The notes below the pieces were generated by a model. It saw only the letters and a program-made list of their open reading frames with translations. It had not been told where the DNA came from and made no database searches. A DNA stretch of 64,000 nt. Source: an uncultured virus (IMG/VR IMGVR_UViG_3300019885_000016) (Duplodnaviria > Heunggongvirae > Uroviricota > Caudoviricetes). The DNA lies in the IMG/VR virus record IMGVR_UViG_3300019885_000016; one strand, given 5' to 3'. A program made the translations under genes and the position numbers. Numbering within the stretch: the first letter of the stretch is position 1; every line of letters begins with the position of its first letter. Shown here piece by piece: positions 27,761 through 38,300 of the stretch.

Positions 27761-27808
27761 GCCAGTTGACTTTGATTAAGTTCAAAGTTGGCTGGCTTTT
27801 TGTTTTTT
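27761..27808 (+). terminator. Intrinsic terminator
   Basis: GCCAG...CTGGC stem followed by T tract. Confidence 0.65.
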
Positions 27809-27896
27809 GCGAGCGGCTAATCAGCGAGAAGCAAAATGAGCGAAGCTGGACTGAGGTAAAGGAGGGTTCCCGTTAGCCGCTCGCAAGATAATTCTT

Positions 27897-28088
27897 ATGA
27901 AATACCACGTCGAATTCAAAGACAACTGGCGAGTCCGATCAAGCAAAGGAACTGTCGGCTATCCCTCTTGGGATAAACGTGTAGCGCTCTCTTATGCCAA
28001 GGCAGAAGCTAAGAAGAATAGACCGAGTTCGGTGATTGTACATGATAAGAAATTCGGGGCGGTAGTGGATACGATATTTTACGAATGA
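27897..28088 (+). CDS. DUF2188-like small protein
   Basis: YHV...W.V...A...A+..AK...S.VIVH pattern. Confidence 0.65.
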   Translation: MKYHVEFKDNWRVRSSKGTVGYPSWDKRVALSYAKAEAKKNRPSSVIVHDKKFGAVVDTIFYE

Positions 28089-28287
28089 AGAAAGCGGCTC
28101 AAATCCGAGTTGACCTTTACGTTGAAGGCGTAGATGAGCCTGAGAATGATTTCCCTCGCGAAGTCAAATTATTGGTGCGAACGATGATTCTATCGGGTGC
28201 GGCTAGATTGCCCCATCTGAAAGTGATTATCAGGAACGTCGAGGAAGTGAAAGATTGAAATTTAACATTAAAGAAAGAGGTGTTTGA

Positions 28288-28632
28288 TTGGAAGACAAAG
28301 TAATAGTACCGGCATCAATAGTGCCAAAAGCCACCGTGGACACTACAGGATTTAAGTTAATGCTCGCCTCGTGGCTTGCTGCTGTAATCATCACCGTTTT
28401 AGGTAAGTACAAAATCTATCTTCCTGAGACCCTGCAAGGGCAACTCAGTGACTTGATCGTCGCGGGAATAGATGCGCTGGCTTACACAATCGCAGGATTC
28501 ATCACACACAAGATTGCTTCAGCTTCAATGGATAAGAATGCAGGGAAGCAATTGGCTGTGAACGATATTGTCCAAGCTCAGGTTGCGCCCACACAATCGA
28601 CGAATATCGGCTCAGTTGAAGTTAGTAAGTAG
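28288..28632 (+). CDS. Holin-like two-TM protein
   Basis: Two hydrophobic segments; GAGGTG RBS. Confidence 0.55.
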   Translation: MEDKVIVPASIVPKATVDTTGFKLMLASWLAAVIITVLGKYKIYLPETLQGQLSDLIVAGIDALAYTIAGFITHKIASASMDKNAGKQLAVNDIVQAQVAPTQSTNIGSVEVSK

Positions 28633-29080
28633 GGAGGAAGTCTACAATGAAATGGATTCGTGAGCAGAAGATGTGGCTCGTACACATCTACAGTATGTAT
28701 CGAGTCAGGAAGCAGATTCGCCAGCCCGACCTCCGCGTTTGGGAGTTTGTTGTCCAGATGCTTTGCTCTGCCTACCTCTCGTGGCGATGGCTAGGCAGTC
28801 AAGCTCGATTCAAGTTCTGGTCGCTCAGCTATTGGTCGTGGCTAGCTGAATATTCACAGCTTTGGGAGTTGTCTACACGCGCGAGCCTTGCAGCACAGAC
28901 CCAGCAAGAGAAGTGGTTCAAACAGTCAAAGCGCCCAACGCGGGAAGAAGTTGATGAACCACTAACTGAAATCTGGCCGGATGTAATTGCATGAAAGGAA
29001 TTCCCCTGAAACTCGCAATCACATTAGTAATTCTAACCATCGCTGCGCTCTGTGGAGTGTCCGCCGCTCTGTGTCGTATC

Positions 29081-29320
29081 TTAACTTCCCTGCAAAAGTT
29101 TGTTTGCTTTCTCTACCGCCTCGCGGTCAGAGTGTGCCGTAAAGACCTTGCTGACCTCTTCAGAGGCAAGATAATAGCGGGAAGGTCTGCCCGTTTTACG
29201 CCGCCCACTGGAACGGGTCAGTCTTGTCCCCGTCTCCTCGTCGTAGGCCGTGAAGTTGTTGACGAGAGCGAGCAGCAAGGCCCGCTCTCTGTCTGTGTAA
29301 TCTACAAGAAGTGTGAGCAT
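29081..29320 (-). CDS. Moron 2 hypothetical protein
   Basis: AAGGAAGG RBS. Confidence 0.6.
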   Translation of the reverse strand: MLTLLVDYTDRERALLLALVNNFTAYDEETGTRLTRSSGRRKTGRPSRYYLASEEVSKVFTAHSDREAVEKANKLLQGS

Positions 29321-29385
29321 GACTATTTCCTTCCTTTCTCGCGCTCTTTTTTGAGTTCTTCCGATTCTCTCATTTACCTACTCCT

Positions 29386-29610
29386 TTATTCTTTCTCCTT
29401 TTTCCAACGCCCCGGATTGCCCTTTGCGCGTTGGTTGCCTTTCGTCGCTCCTCTTTTGAGCGGCGGCAGTTTAAGTTTCTTGCGTATTAGATTCGGGACG
29501 GTGATCTTATCGGCAGCCTCACGGCTGAGGTTTTTTAGTTCCTCAGCCGTGAACATTACCGGTACTCGCGGGTGCTTAGTCGGCACTTTGTCACTCTTTG
29601 TCCTCGTCAA
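29386..29610 (-). CDS. RHH-like regulator with RGATKGNQ tail (moron 2)
   Basis: RVPVMFTAEELKNL...VPNLIR. Confidence 0.65.
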   Translation of the reverse strand: MTRTKSDKVPTKHPRVPVMFTAEELKNLSREAADKITVPNLIRKKLKLPPLKRGATKGNQRAKGNPGRWKKEKE

Positions 29611-30136
29611 CTTCGACGGCTTGAATGATCAACTCGCGTACTGCTCTACGCGAACCCGGCCCGCCTTGTTGGTTGAGGCGATAGACCTCTTGAAGCATCT
29701 CTTCCAGTTTCTCTGCGCGCTCGCTTGCTTTCTCTGCTTTAGCTTCCGCTTCTGTCACACGTTGCGCTGCGTGTTCGGCACGCGCACAAAGGCTACTAAT
29801 CTCGCGCTGTCTACGCGCCTCTACTACTTTTGCTTCCGTCTCGGCAAAGAGTTGTTCGAACGTTTTGGCGGTCAGAGGCTCGTCGTCGTCGTAGGTCAAC
29901 GGGAACTCTCCGAATCCGGTAGAAGCACCTTGATAACGCCCTCGCAGCTGTCCGCTCAAATCCAGACCGCGTATCTCAAAAAAGAAGTTGCCCGGTTTGT
30001 ACTGCAATTTCTGGCGCAACTTCTCGCTCAATTCAAGCGGTTCAATTTCAAACGTGCGAGTGGTGGGAGCGTTTTTCCCGGTGGCTGTGGCTATGGCTTG
30101 CTGTTTTTGAGTGGAATAACTTGTGGTGATTTGCAT
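29591..30136 (-). CDS. Moron 2 hypothetical protein with coiled coil
   Basis: AAGGAG RBS. Confidence 0.7.
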   Translation of the reverse strand: MQITTSYSTQKQQAIATATGKNAPTTRTFEIEPLELSEKLRQKLQYKPGNFFFEIRGLDLSGQLRGRYQGASTGFGEFPLTYDDDEPLTAKTFEQLFAETEAKVVEARRQREISSLCARAEHAAQRVTEAEAKAEKASERAEKLEEMLQEVYRLNQQGGPGSRRAVRELIIQAVEVDEDKE

Positions 30137-30207
30137 TTCGTTCTCCTTTACGTTGGCCTTTTGGCTGTTGTGTTGGTTTCGGTCTATCTTGCCTTGACCG
30201 TGAGAAC

Positions 30208-30236
30208 ACTTTACTCTAAGTGTCGCACTTTGTCAA
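30208..30236 (-). promoter_or_regulatory. Sigma70 promoter of moron 2 with palindromic spacer
   Basis: TTGACA-17-TAAAGT; AAGTG-TCG-CACTT at 30218-30230. Confidence 0.75.
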
Positions 30237-30306
30237 GCGTTATTTCAACTATTTCCAGATTATTTTCCACCCCATTTCGTGTACTCAAACTAGAAAGGAA
30301 CTACGC

Positions 30307-30768
30307 ATGAAAAGCAAATTGGCTTACTTACTTTCACTGACAATCTTCCTCAGCCTCTTGGCAGGCTGCACAAACCGCGACGTATTTAGCTCGCTCGACG
30401 AGGCACAAAGCTACGCGCACGATCTGGCAATCTCAGCCCCACAGTCGGCTGAATTCATCAACAAGTGGTCAGCAAAGATTGATAAATTCAAGCTGGATTT
30501 TCAATCTGCTACCGAACCCGGCGCTCAAGCTCAACTCTTACCTGTGCTGACTTCTCTAGTCAAAGAATTTCAATCTGAAATCTTACCTCTGGCGCATTTG
30601 AATCCATTAGCGACCGCAGGGATAGATATTGCTTTGAGATTCGTAGTGAATCATTTTGTGAAGACAGCTAAACCCGTAGTGGCGAGCGTAAGAAGCGCAA
30701 GGGCTAATTCGGATATAGACGTGTTGGAGAATTATTTGAAGACGCCAGCACTAAAGAAGCCGAAATGA
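30307..30768 (+). CDS. Lipoprotein
   Basis: MKSK, hydrophobic core, LAGC lipobox. Confidence 0.75.
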   Translation: MKSKLAYLLSLTIFLSLLAGCTNRDVFSSLDEAQSYAHDLAISAPQSAEFINKWSAKIDKFKLDFQSATEPGAQAQLLPVLTSLVKEFQSEILPLAHLNPLATAGIDIALRFVVNHFVKTAKPVVASVRSARANSDIDVLENYLKTPALKKPK

Positions 30769-30902
30769 AGGCTAAACCAAAGAAGAAGCCTAAACGGTAT
30801 GAATCCCGTTGGGTGAACTTCCAAAAGTTAGTTCCTAAGAAGGGGCACAGGGATTTAGAGCCTGCAAAGAAGAAAAAGAAAGCTTAGTGAAAACCCTACG
30901 GC

Positions 30903-31316
30903 ATGAATTATGAACCTCTTGTTGAAATTACGCCCGGTAGTCTTGTCGCCGGGCTTGCGGCTGTTGCCTTGCTCGCGCTCGTCGTCGCTTACTTTTGGGT
31001 TCAATTCAAAAAAGGCGTTGATGACGCCGAGAAGACCGCTCTCAATAATTGGAAGGAGTTAGCCGCATCCGAGCAAGCTAAATATGCGGCTCTTGTTGCT
31101 GAAAAGGCAGGGCTTCAAAAGAGGTACGAACAGTTAATGGTTGCCAACGAAGAATGCGAGAAGTTGCGAGACGACTTTGCCAAGCACGTGTTAAGAGCGC
31201 GGTCTAGGGAGGAGAAATACCAGCGATGTATAAATCGTTTGGAATTTGAACTAAAGATTGAGCCGACTGATTTTGATGACCCGACCATGCACATTACATC
31301 GAGTCCTAATAGTTGA
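30903..31316 (+). CDS. N-terminal TM plus coiled-coil protein (possibly lysis-associated)
   Basis: Single TM then heptad-like region. Confidence 0.6.
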   Translation: MNYEPLVEITPGSLVAGLAAVALLALVVAYFWVQFKKGVDDAEKTALNNWKELAASEQAKYAALVAEKAGLQKRYEQLMVANEECEKLRDDFAKHVLRARSREEKYQRCINRLEFELKIEPTDFDDPTMHITSSPNS

Positions 31317-31701
31317 TGATGCGCCGGACATTCTCAACATGCTGGCTACGACGCTCCGGCATAAAGGCTATGAAGTTTCGGCGGTCGAGCGTGGCTTAGA
31401 TGCCGTGATTCAATTCATGGAGTCAATCAAAGAGGGGCGCTGCTTCGACGTGCTTGTTTTAGATTGCGCTCTACCGCAGATGGACGGCTTTAGCGTTGCC
31501 GAGCATATAAGGCTCACCGAATCTCAAGGTGTGACGGATTGTCATCCCTGGATAGCAGCATATACGGCGTACAGCAAGACGGTTGAGAAGACTACGTTGA
31601 TTGAGAAGGCGGGAATAGATGCTTACTTCGTCAAGGGTGAAGATGAGGGAAAGCTCGTTGAGCAGATAGCTAATTGGCTGTCTGAGGTGAAGACGTTGTG
31701 A
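31276..31701 (+). CDS. Stand-alone response-regulator receiver (CheY-like)
   Basis: VLIVDD, VLVLD (phosphoacceptor), PQMDG, YTAY, AYFVK. Confidence 0.92.
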   Translation: MTRPCTLHRVLIVDDAPDILNMLATTLRHKGYEVSAVERGLDAVIQFMESIKEGRCFDVLVLDCALPQMDGFSVAEHIRLTESQGVTDCHPWIAAYTAYSKTVEKTTLIEKAGIDAYFVKGEDEGKLVEQIANWLSEVKTL

Positions 31702-32544
31702 ATAGATTTCTGGCAGAGAGGAACACCAATAATAGTTTTGTCTAAGCAACAAATTGTTATCTACTCTCTGCCAGAATTGAAAACGGAGCGGGGCGAAAAG
31801 ATGTTTCAGCACCTAATCGCCCCTTGTCAGAGCAAAGGCACTAGAACTTCGCTCCAACCGCCGCAGAGTCTATCTGTGGTAATGGAGGGAAGCAAGGATG
31901 CACGCGGAACGTCCGCCAATAATTCAAGAAAGGAAAGTAAACATGAGTCACGAAAAAGAGAAGAAACACGAAGAGGAACAGCCTAAGCCTAAAGATGTAC
32001 CACAAGACCCGCCCCCATCTGACCCGTTGCCGGAAGATGGCGAAGGTGGTGATCCGCTCGGCCCCGGAAAGACTGGAGGTAGATGACATGGGAGTCTCTC
32101 TTAACAGAGAAGCCCCCCGGATGCACTTGGATGGTGCGCTCACGGCCTTTCTGGTCGGCAAGCGCCCCGCGTTGGTGGATTTACCCCTGTGGAAACGCCC
32201 TCTGCTCGGTTTGATGCGTTTCCTCTATTTCCTCACCGGACTCTCTGACGTGGAGTTTCAATACATCTCCACAGATTTTGGACGAGCCGAAGAGGACGCG
32301 CATAGACCGGGCTGGTTCTATTTCGAGTTACCTGTGAACTGCTCTTTGCCGGAAGAGACTTGTCAATTCAGAAGGCATTCGTTTGCTTCGTCGAAAGCTG
32401 GCGGGAGATATGTAGCCAGAGCGTTACCGATGAAGGCGATGAAGGCGATGAACAGGCGAGAGGTTGACTTACTGCTTGCACAGGCTCAGGAAGTGGCTCA
32501 ATTAGCCAAGTCGGTAAACGAGAGGTTAGGCGGATAACAATGCG

Positions 32545-32874
32545 ATGCAAATTGCCTTGCCTCACTTGGGCGAAAACGTCATCACCGCAATCATTGCGGG
32601 TTCGCTTGTGGCCTTCATCAACTGGTTTGCTAACTGGAGAAGGAACAGGTCGGAGGCGACCAACTTCGACGTTAATTCACTTGCGGTTGCCTCCAAGTCC
32701 CTACTGGACGCGATGCAACAGTTAAGGGCTGCGGAGAAGCGAGCGGCAGATGCATCTCGAGAAAAAGATAAAGCCGTAGCGGAGGCTGATAAAGCAAAGG
32801 CTCAAGTGGGCTTACTTGAATTTCAAATTGAGCAGATGAAGGCGCAGAGGAAATTGGGCGGGAACGGGAAATGA
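32545..32874 (+). CDS. Membrane-anchored coiled-coil protein
   Basis: Hydrophobic N-terminus, then charged helix. Confidence 0.6.
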   Translation: MQIALPHLGENVITAIIAGSLVAFINWFANWRRNRSEATNFDVNSLAVASKSLLDAMQQLRAAEKRAADASREKDKAVAEADKAKAQVGLLEFQIEQMKAQRKLGGNGK

Positions 32875-33375
32875 CAAGCAGATTTTTAGAGGCACAGCGA
32901 AAAGGAAACGGCAAGGCTTGAACGAAACCCCCAGCGTGAAAATTGATGAACAACCCGTCAAGGTTCAGATGGAGGAATCACAAACGCGGCTGGTCAAGAC
33001 GGACGACCATTTATCTAAAGCCCCCGATACGACATCGGAAGAGGATTTACATTCCAAGTCGCAGCGAAAGGTCAATCTGATATGGGAGTATTCACAAGCG
33101 TCCATAGCGCTGGTGACGGTCTTTACTACCTGCCTCGGTATTTTCATTGGCCGGGTGTGGGTAGGTTTGGATTCGCCAATATACGTTTATGAATTATTGG
33201 TGGGCATAAATGGATTAGTGAGTACAGAAGCTATAACTTTGTGGCGCGTGGGTTTGTTTCAAAGCAGGTGACTCCATGAGTGCAAGAATAAAAATACCCT
33301 ATGAGGAATTAGAGAAGCGCATTTTGATAACTATTGATAACCAATTTAGGTAATTTCTAAAGAGGGTCATCCCTT

Positions 33376-34887
33376 ATGAGCTTTCACATTCCCCAAAGCG
33401 CAGTTGACCGGCTTCCCGGCTATTTCCCGCGCAAGCGCCGCGTGCCGGATGAGCGCGAGTTGCCCGGCCCGGAGACACTGGAGGAAGTCGTTCGTCGCGT
33501 TGCAGCAGTGCAAGGGCCAACTAATAATCAAGCGTCTATCTTCTCGCCACGCCCACCCGAGCAGCAAGGCTTACAGCAATCCACAAGGGATTTACCCGGC
33601 TACAATCCACCCGCACCAACCACACCTGAACTGCCAGGCTATAACCCTCAAGCAGAGGCCACTCCTCCAACTATGCCCAGCGACACGACCACCAGACCTA
33701 GAATGGCAGGGACTCACATAGACACCAGAGGAATGTCCGAGGTGGAGCGTCGGGCAGCGATTCTGGCAGCACAGACCAACACCCCAGCGAACCAGAAGAT
33801 CACTGTTACAGACTCTTCAATTGATATTGCTCCTCCTAAAAAGATGAGCCACTTGAAGGCTTTGGCACTTGGTGGGCTGAGGGGATTCTTTCAGAACGGC
33901 CTTGTCGGAGCTATAACGCAGGGCGCGGCGACCGGAATAGCGCCGTCTCTGGAACAGAGGATGGAGAGGGAGCAATCTCAAACGGAGGCTCAAGGCAACT
34001 ATGCTCAAGCGGCATCTATTGAACATAACCGTATAGCGAACGAGACCGCCCAGACCGAAAACGCTGCAAGAGTCGCGGGGATTGTTCACAATCAGAATGA
34101 GGATCAGCGGAACGTTGCGCGCGACCAAGAGACGGCGCGAAACAGCGCTCAACAGAGGATCATCAGTATCTACAACGACCTTGAGGACTTTGACCCCGAC
34201 GCGACCGACCCGCGCACGAAAGCTTTGGTACGTGCCGCCGAAAACGCTGGCGTGCCTCTGGTTAAGAAAACAAAGAGCCAGAAGATAACAATGCAGATCG
34301 CGCCGGACGGAACCCCGATATTGACCGATGGTCAGGGGCACGTATGGCGTGCGGGCACAGACAGCAGAACCGGCCAACCTCTCAATGTAGCGAGACCAAG
34401 GGAGATAACTAACGCAGAACTCCCTTATGAGATGTTCGGCATTCCAAGTGATGAGCAGATTCGTGATGAAGCCAGAGCCGGTGTTGCCCCGTCACTGCGG
34501 AACCGTCAGGTGAAACCCGAAATCACCCAGAGGGCGCAATATCGAAACCAAGATGGTACTCCCAACATGGATGCTATCTGGGCAGATATTGACGCTGGGA
34601 TCATCCACCCTTCGGATGTCTGGGAGAATGTCACTGAACGTGACGAGCAGCAACTAGCGCAGGCTCGAAGTAGTGTACGAACTAAATACCAGCAGGCTCA
34701 GAGGGATGTGGACGAGTTTCGTTTGCGCGTAGGGCGCAATCATCCGACCGTAGCGAACCCAACATCGACCCCTCTGGCTAATCTCGTTCGACGATTTAAT
34801 GAGATACGAGAGATGTCTGCGGGACGTAAGCGAGACCAAGCATTAAAGACTTTCTACGACACACTACCTTTTTTGCAGATTCAGTGA
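33376..34887 (+). CDS. Probable DNA-ejection / internal virion protein
   Basis: Pro-rich N-terminus, Gly-rich hydrophobic segment, Gln/Ala helices; adjacent to giant protein. Confidence 0.55.
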   Translation: MSFHIPQSAVDRLPGYFPRKRRVPDERELPGPETLEEVVRRVAAVQGPTNNQASIFSPRPPEQQGLQQSTRDLPGYNPPAPTTPELPGYNPQAEATPPTMPSDTTTRPRMAGTHIDTRGMSEVERRAAILAAQTNTPANQKITVTDSSIDIAPPKKMSHLKALALGGLRGFFQNGLVGAITQGAATGIAPSLEQRMEREQSQTEAQGNYAQAASIEHNRIANETAQTENAARVAGIVHNQNEDQRNVARDQETARNSAQQRIISIYNDLEDFDPDATDPRTKALVRAAENAGVPLVKKTKSQKITMQIAPDGTPILTDGQGHVWRAGTDSRTGQPLNVARPREITNAELPYEMFGIPSDEQIRDEARAGVAPSLRNRQVKPEITQRAQYRNQDGTPNMDAIWADIDAGIIHPSDVWENVTERDEQQLAQARSSVRTKYQQAQRDVDEFRLRVGRNHPTVANPTSTPLANLVRRFNEIREMSAGRKRDQALKTFYDTLPFLQIQ

Positions 34888-35285
34888 GCTTTATGAAAAT
34901 CTTCAAGGACAGACTTCAGTTTGACTCGCACGCGCGCCGCGCGGTCGGATTGCCAGAAGGCAGAGTTTCGGAGTTGTGCGAGGTCATTCTTATTCCTGAT
35001 GTACTGCTCTCTTGAAACAGCCAGCGCAAGGATATTTTTGATTAGGGTGTGTGAATCGTCGTACTGAACAATGATAAAGAAAACAAAATCCGCTTCATTC
35101 AACGATGGGACGACTTTATATACACCGCGTTTTTTGAAGCCATTCTTAATCTCCCTTTCCGTTGTGAGGTCAAGCGAGGTAAAGGAGATGTCGGCGCTGT
35201 TGCTTTGTAGGGCAACGATGTACACGGATTGGCCGGGTGTAATCCTTGGTTCTTGAGATAAGAGAAGTAAGAGAATAAAGAGCAT
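34881..35285 (-). CDS. Exported moron protein between ejection genes
   Basis: AAGGAGGT RBS; MLFILLLLLS N-terminus; opposite strand. Confidence 0.7.
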   Translation of the reverse strand: MLFILLLLLSQEPRITPGQSVYIVALQSNSADISFTSLDLTTEREIKNGFKKRGVYKVVPSLNEADFVFFIIVQYDDSHTLIKNILALAVSREQYIRNKNDLAQLRNSAFWQSDRAARVRVKLKSVLEDFHKAH

Positions 35286-35333
35286 CGGGAGACCTCCTTT
35301 GCGCATAGTATGACAGGTTTGATGATTAAGTAA

Positions 35334-38300
35334 ATGTCCGTTCCCCAAAACATCATAGACGAGATGCAGCGCATAGGCGTTCGTCCTCCACAGCCAAGCG
35401 GCCTATCAACCATTGACCAATTGGCCGAAGAGGAAGGGCTTGCGCCTCGTCATCGTCAGGAGATAGCGGCAATAGGAGGCCAAGAAAGCGGGCGCGTCAC
35501 GAATGAAGCTCGCCCGGATTCTCACGCATCTGGTGGATTGCAGGTAATTCCCTCCACAGGACTGCATTATGTTACACCGGGAGAGTGGGCTACCCCACAA
35601 GGTAAAATCAGAGCAGGGCTGCGCTACTACAAATCAATCCTTAATGCCTTTCCGGGCGATGATCAATTCGACCAGAGAGCAGCAGCCTATCATGCTGGTA
35701 TTGGTGCTGTGCAGCACGCAGTTGCTAGTGGTCAGAGATTGCCGCATACGGAAGATAGGTATGTCAGCCGACAGCTAGGACGACCTTACTTCACTGATAC
35801 TGATTATGTACCGACCGTCTTAGCTCGCTTCAACGGCTCTAACGGAAACTCAAAGCCTCCGCAGAATGTTCAGGACGAAATAGCGCGAATCAGTGGCGCG
35901 CCTCTTTCAGGCTCGGCGCATGAAGGCCAACAGCCTCAAGCTACGCCACCGCCCATCGCTACTGAGATAGCACGAATCAATCAATCCTCGACTAGCGCAC
36001 AGGCTGGCCTGCAAACACAGCCAACCCCTTCAACCGAGGCAAATCAAGTGACAGGCCAACCCTCTCCTTTTACTGTTCCCACGTACACTACTCGTAAACG
36101 TAGGGCGACTGACGAAGGCGAGCCGGAGCAGGGCACACTTGAGCCAAATCAAGTCACGTTCACGCCCAGCCAAGCTGTCATCGCCACACCGGGAACGACC
36201 CTTCCGACAAGGGCTGCACAGGGACAGCCGACATCTCAACCGGTAGCATCCACCGCCTCGCCTATCACGACTCAATTAACACCTGAGCAGGGCTACGTTG
36301 TAGGCACAGCACTGGGAGAGGCGGCAGATAGACAGAGGCACGAGACATTTGACCAAGCGGCTTTTGAGCAATGGCGTCGTAGAAATCGCATTCCTGTGCC
36401 AAAGACGGATGAAGAAAGACGGAACACTCAGACTCTCTTCGCCAACGTTCAAAATAGCGACCCAGATGCCGTAGCTACGCTCAATAAATATCAGGCTGAC
36501 TTGCGACGACGGGACAGGATTCAAAGACGCAACGAGCCGATTAGACGACAATCCCAAGCAGGGAGCGCAAATGGCGGCGAGCCGAACTTAGGCGAAGTCA
36601 CAGATGCTGACTTCGTGAAATACCTCGGTACGCTACCTGGGGAGTCGGCGGGCTGGTCAAGGCCACAACTAATCCAAGCTGCATTCACCGTTGCGCGACG
36701 CAAGCAAGCGGGAGAAGCCCAGTCTGTTCCCGCCTTGGCGGACATGGAAAGAGCAGCTTTGCGAGAGCATGCAGGTTTGCCTGCATCTCCACAGACGAAT
36801 AACCGCCCACGCTCGCCTCTTGCGGTGCCTCCACGCCCTTCTATTGATTTCCGTAGGCCAAATAGACCATTTGAATTTACAGCAAGGGGAGAAGAGGCTG
36901 CGCGCGTACAGGCCAGCGGGCAGCAAATCCGAGCCGCACTACAGTTGAATAGCGTTCGTGACCAAGTGCGCCAACAGATGTCGCACGAATGGGAATATGA
37001 TCCGCGCAATCATAACGCGATGCCTCTTGATGACGGTGCAATTGAGCGGCGCATAAATCAGATGAGAGAGGCAACGCAGCACGAAGAGGAGTTGCGAGCA
37101 TCGCTTAGCCCCGAACAGCACCAACAGGCGCAGGAGATTGCTCAAGGGCTACAGCGTCGCTTTTCAAATGAACCCGGTTGGCTCTCAGCTTTGGATACAG
37201 GGCTGGACATCTCTGCGAGCAACACCGCAACCCTCATTCCAGGGGTCTGGAGAATTATCGGGGACGTAACAGGGAGCCAGCGCATTAAACAATTGGCGCG
37301 CGAGGGCGAACAGTATTTCGCTATGCGTCGTGAAGCTCACGATATTTCGACTAGGGGGCAAACCGACACTCAGAGCGTTCTAACAAACGGCGCGCGTGTA
37401 GTCTCTGACGTTGTTCAACTCGCGGCACTCAGCGAGGTGGCGGGGCCAGTCAAAGCGATGGCGGCGCTTGGCGGGCTTGAGTCACTTGGAGGCGGGCAAA
37501 GTTACGGGCGTGCAGCAATGGAGACTGTGAAAGGCGCGGGCTATGGCGCAATGTTCGGGGCGGCTGCACGCATTCGTCCTTTTGCCTCGACAGAAGGCTT
37601 GCTTGCGCGCGGTGGTGACTTGGCGGCACATCTCGGAACGGTAGCAACAGGCACGTATGCGATTGAGCGGGCATTCGGTTCATCTCATCAAGAAGCCATG
37701 CGCGCCGCGATGACGAATACGATTCTCTCTGGCGTATTGCAATTTACGGGCACGGTAGGTGCTGGTGTCTCGGAAGAGGCGCGCATGGCGAGTGAAGGGC
37801 GCGGCGCAGTAGGCGAGCGTTTACCTGAAAATGTTCGCGCAGCCATCACTCGCGCTCGCGGGCGCGTGCCTGTGTATGTGCAGGAGGAAAGCGGCGGTGA
37901 GGGTGGCCGCATTGGAGTAGTAAACGCTGAGCCTGGCGAAAACGGTTCCGGTAGAATCGAACACTTCCGCCCTTTAACATATGAAGAGGTAGGACAGGTC
38001 AATCCAAGTCGTTATGTCACTGTTTCGCCGGAAGAGTTCGACGCAATGGTTGAGACTTTCGACTCGTCGCGTGGTGAGCAGATTCTTAACCAAACGCCTG
38101 ACCTTGAACCCGCGCAAGGCTCGATGCCACAAGAACCTGGTGCGACTGCGCTGGTACGCAGAGAAGGAGCATCCCCCAATGAAGCACCTACGCCGAATCA
38201 AGCGCCGTCTGCGCCGCAACCGACGCCGGAAACACCTGAGACGATAAATGCTCAAATGGAGGCGTTCGTCGCCGGTCGGAGAAAAGCAATTCTAGTTACG

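Noticed and set aside
28991..30310. 439-aa plus-strand ORF
   Set aside because: Mostly the in-register antisense shadow of minus-strand moron genes that have their own promoter and RBSs; only the signal-like first ~30 codons might be a real remnant
28288..33271. Complete lysis cassette
   Set aside because: Holin- and spanin-like membrane proteins are present but I could not recognise an endolysin; it may be outside the window or divergent
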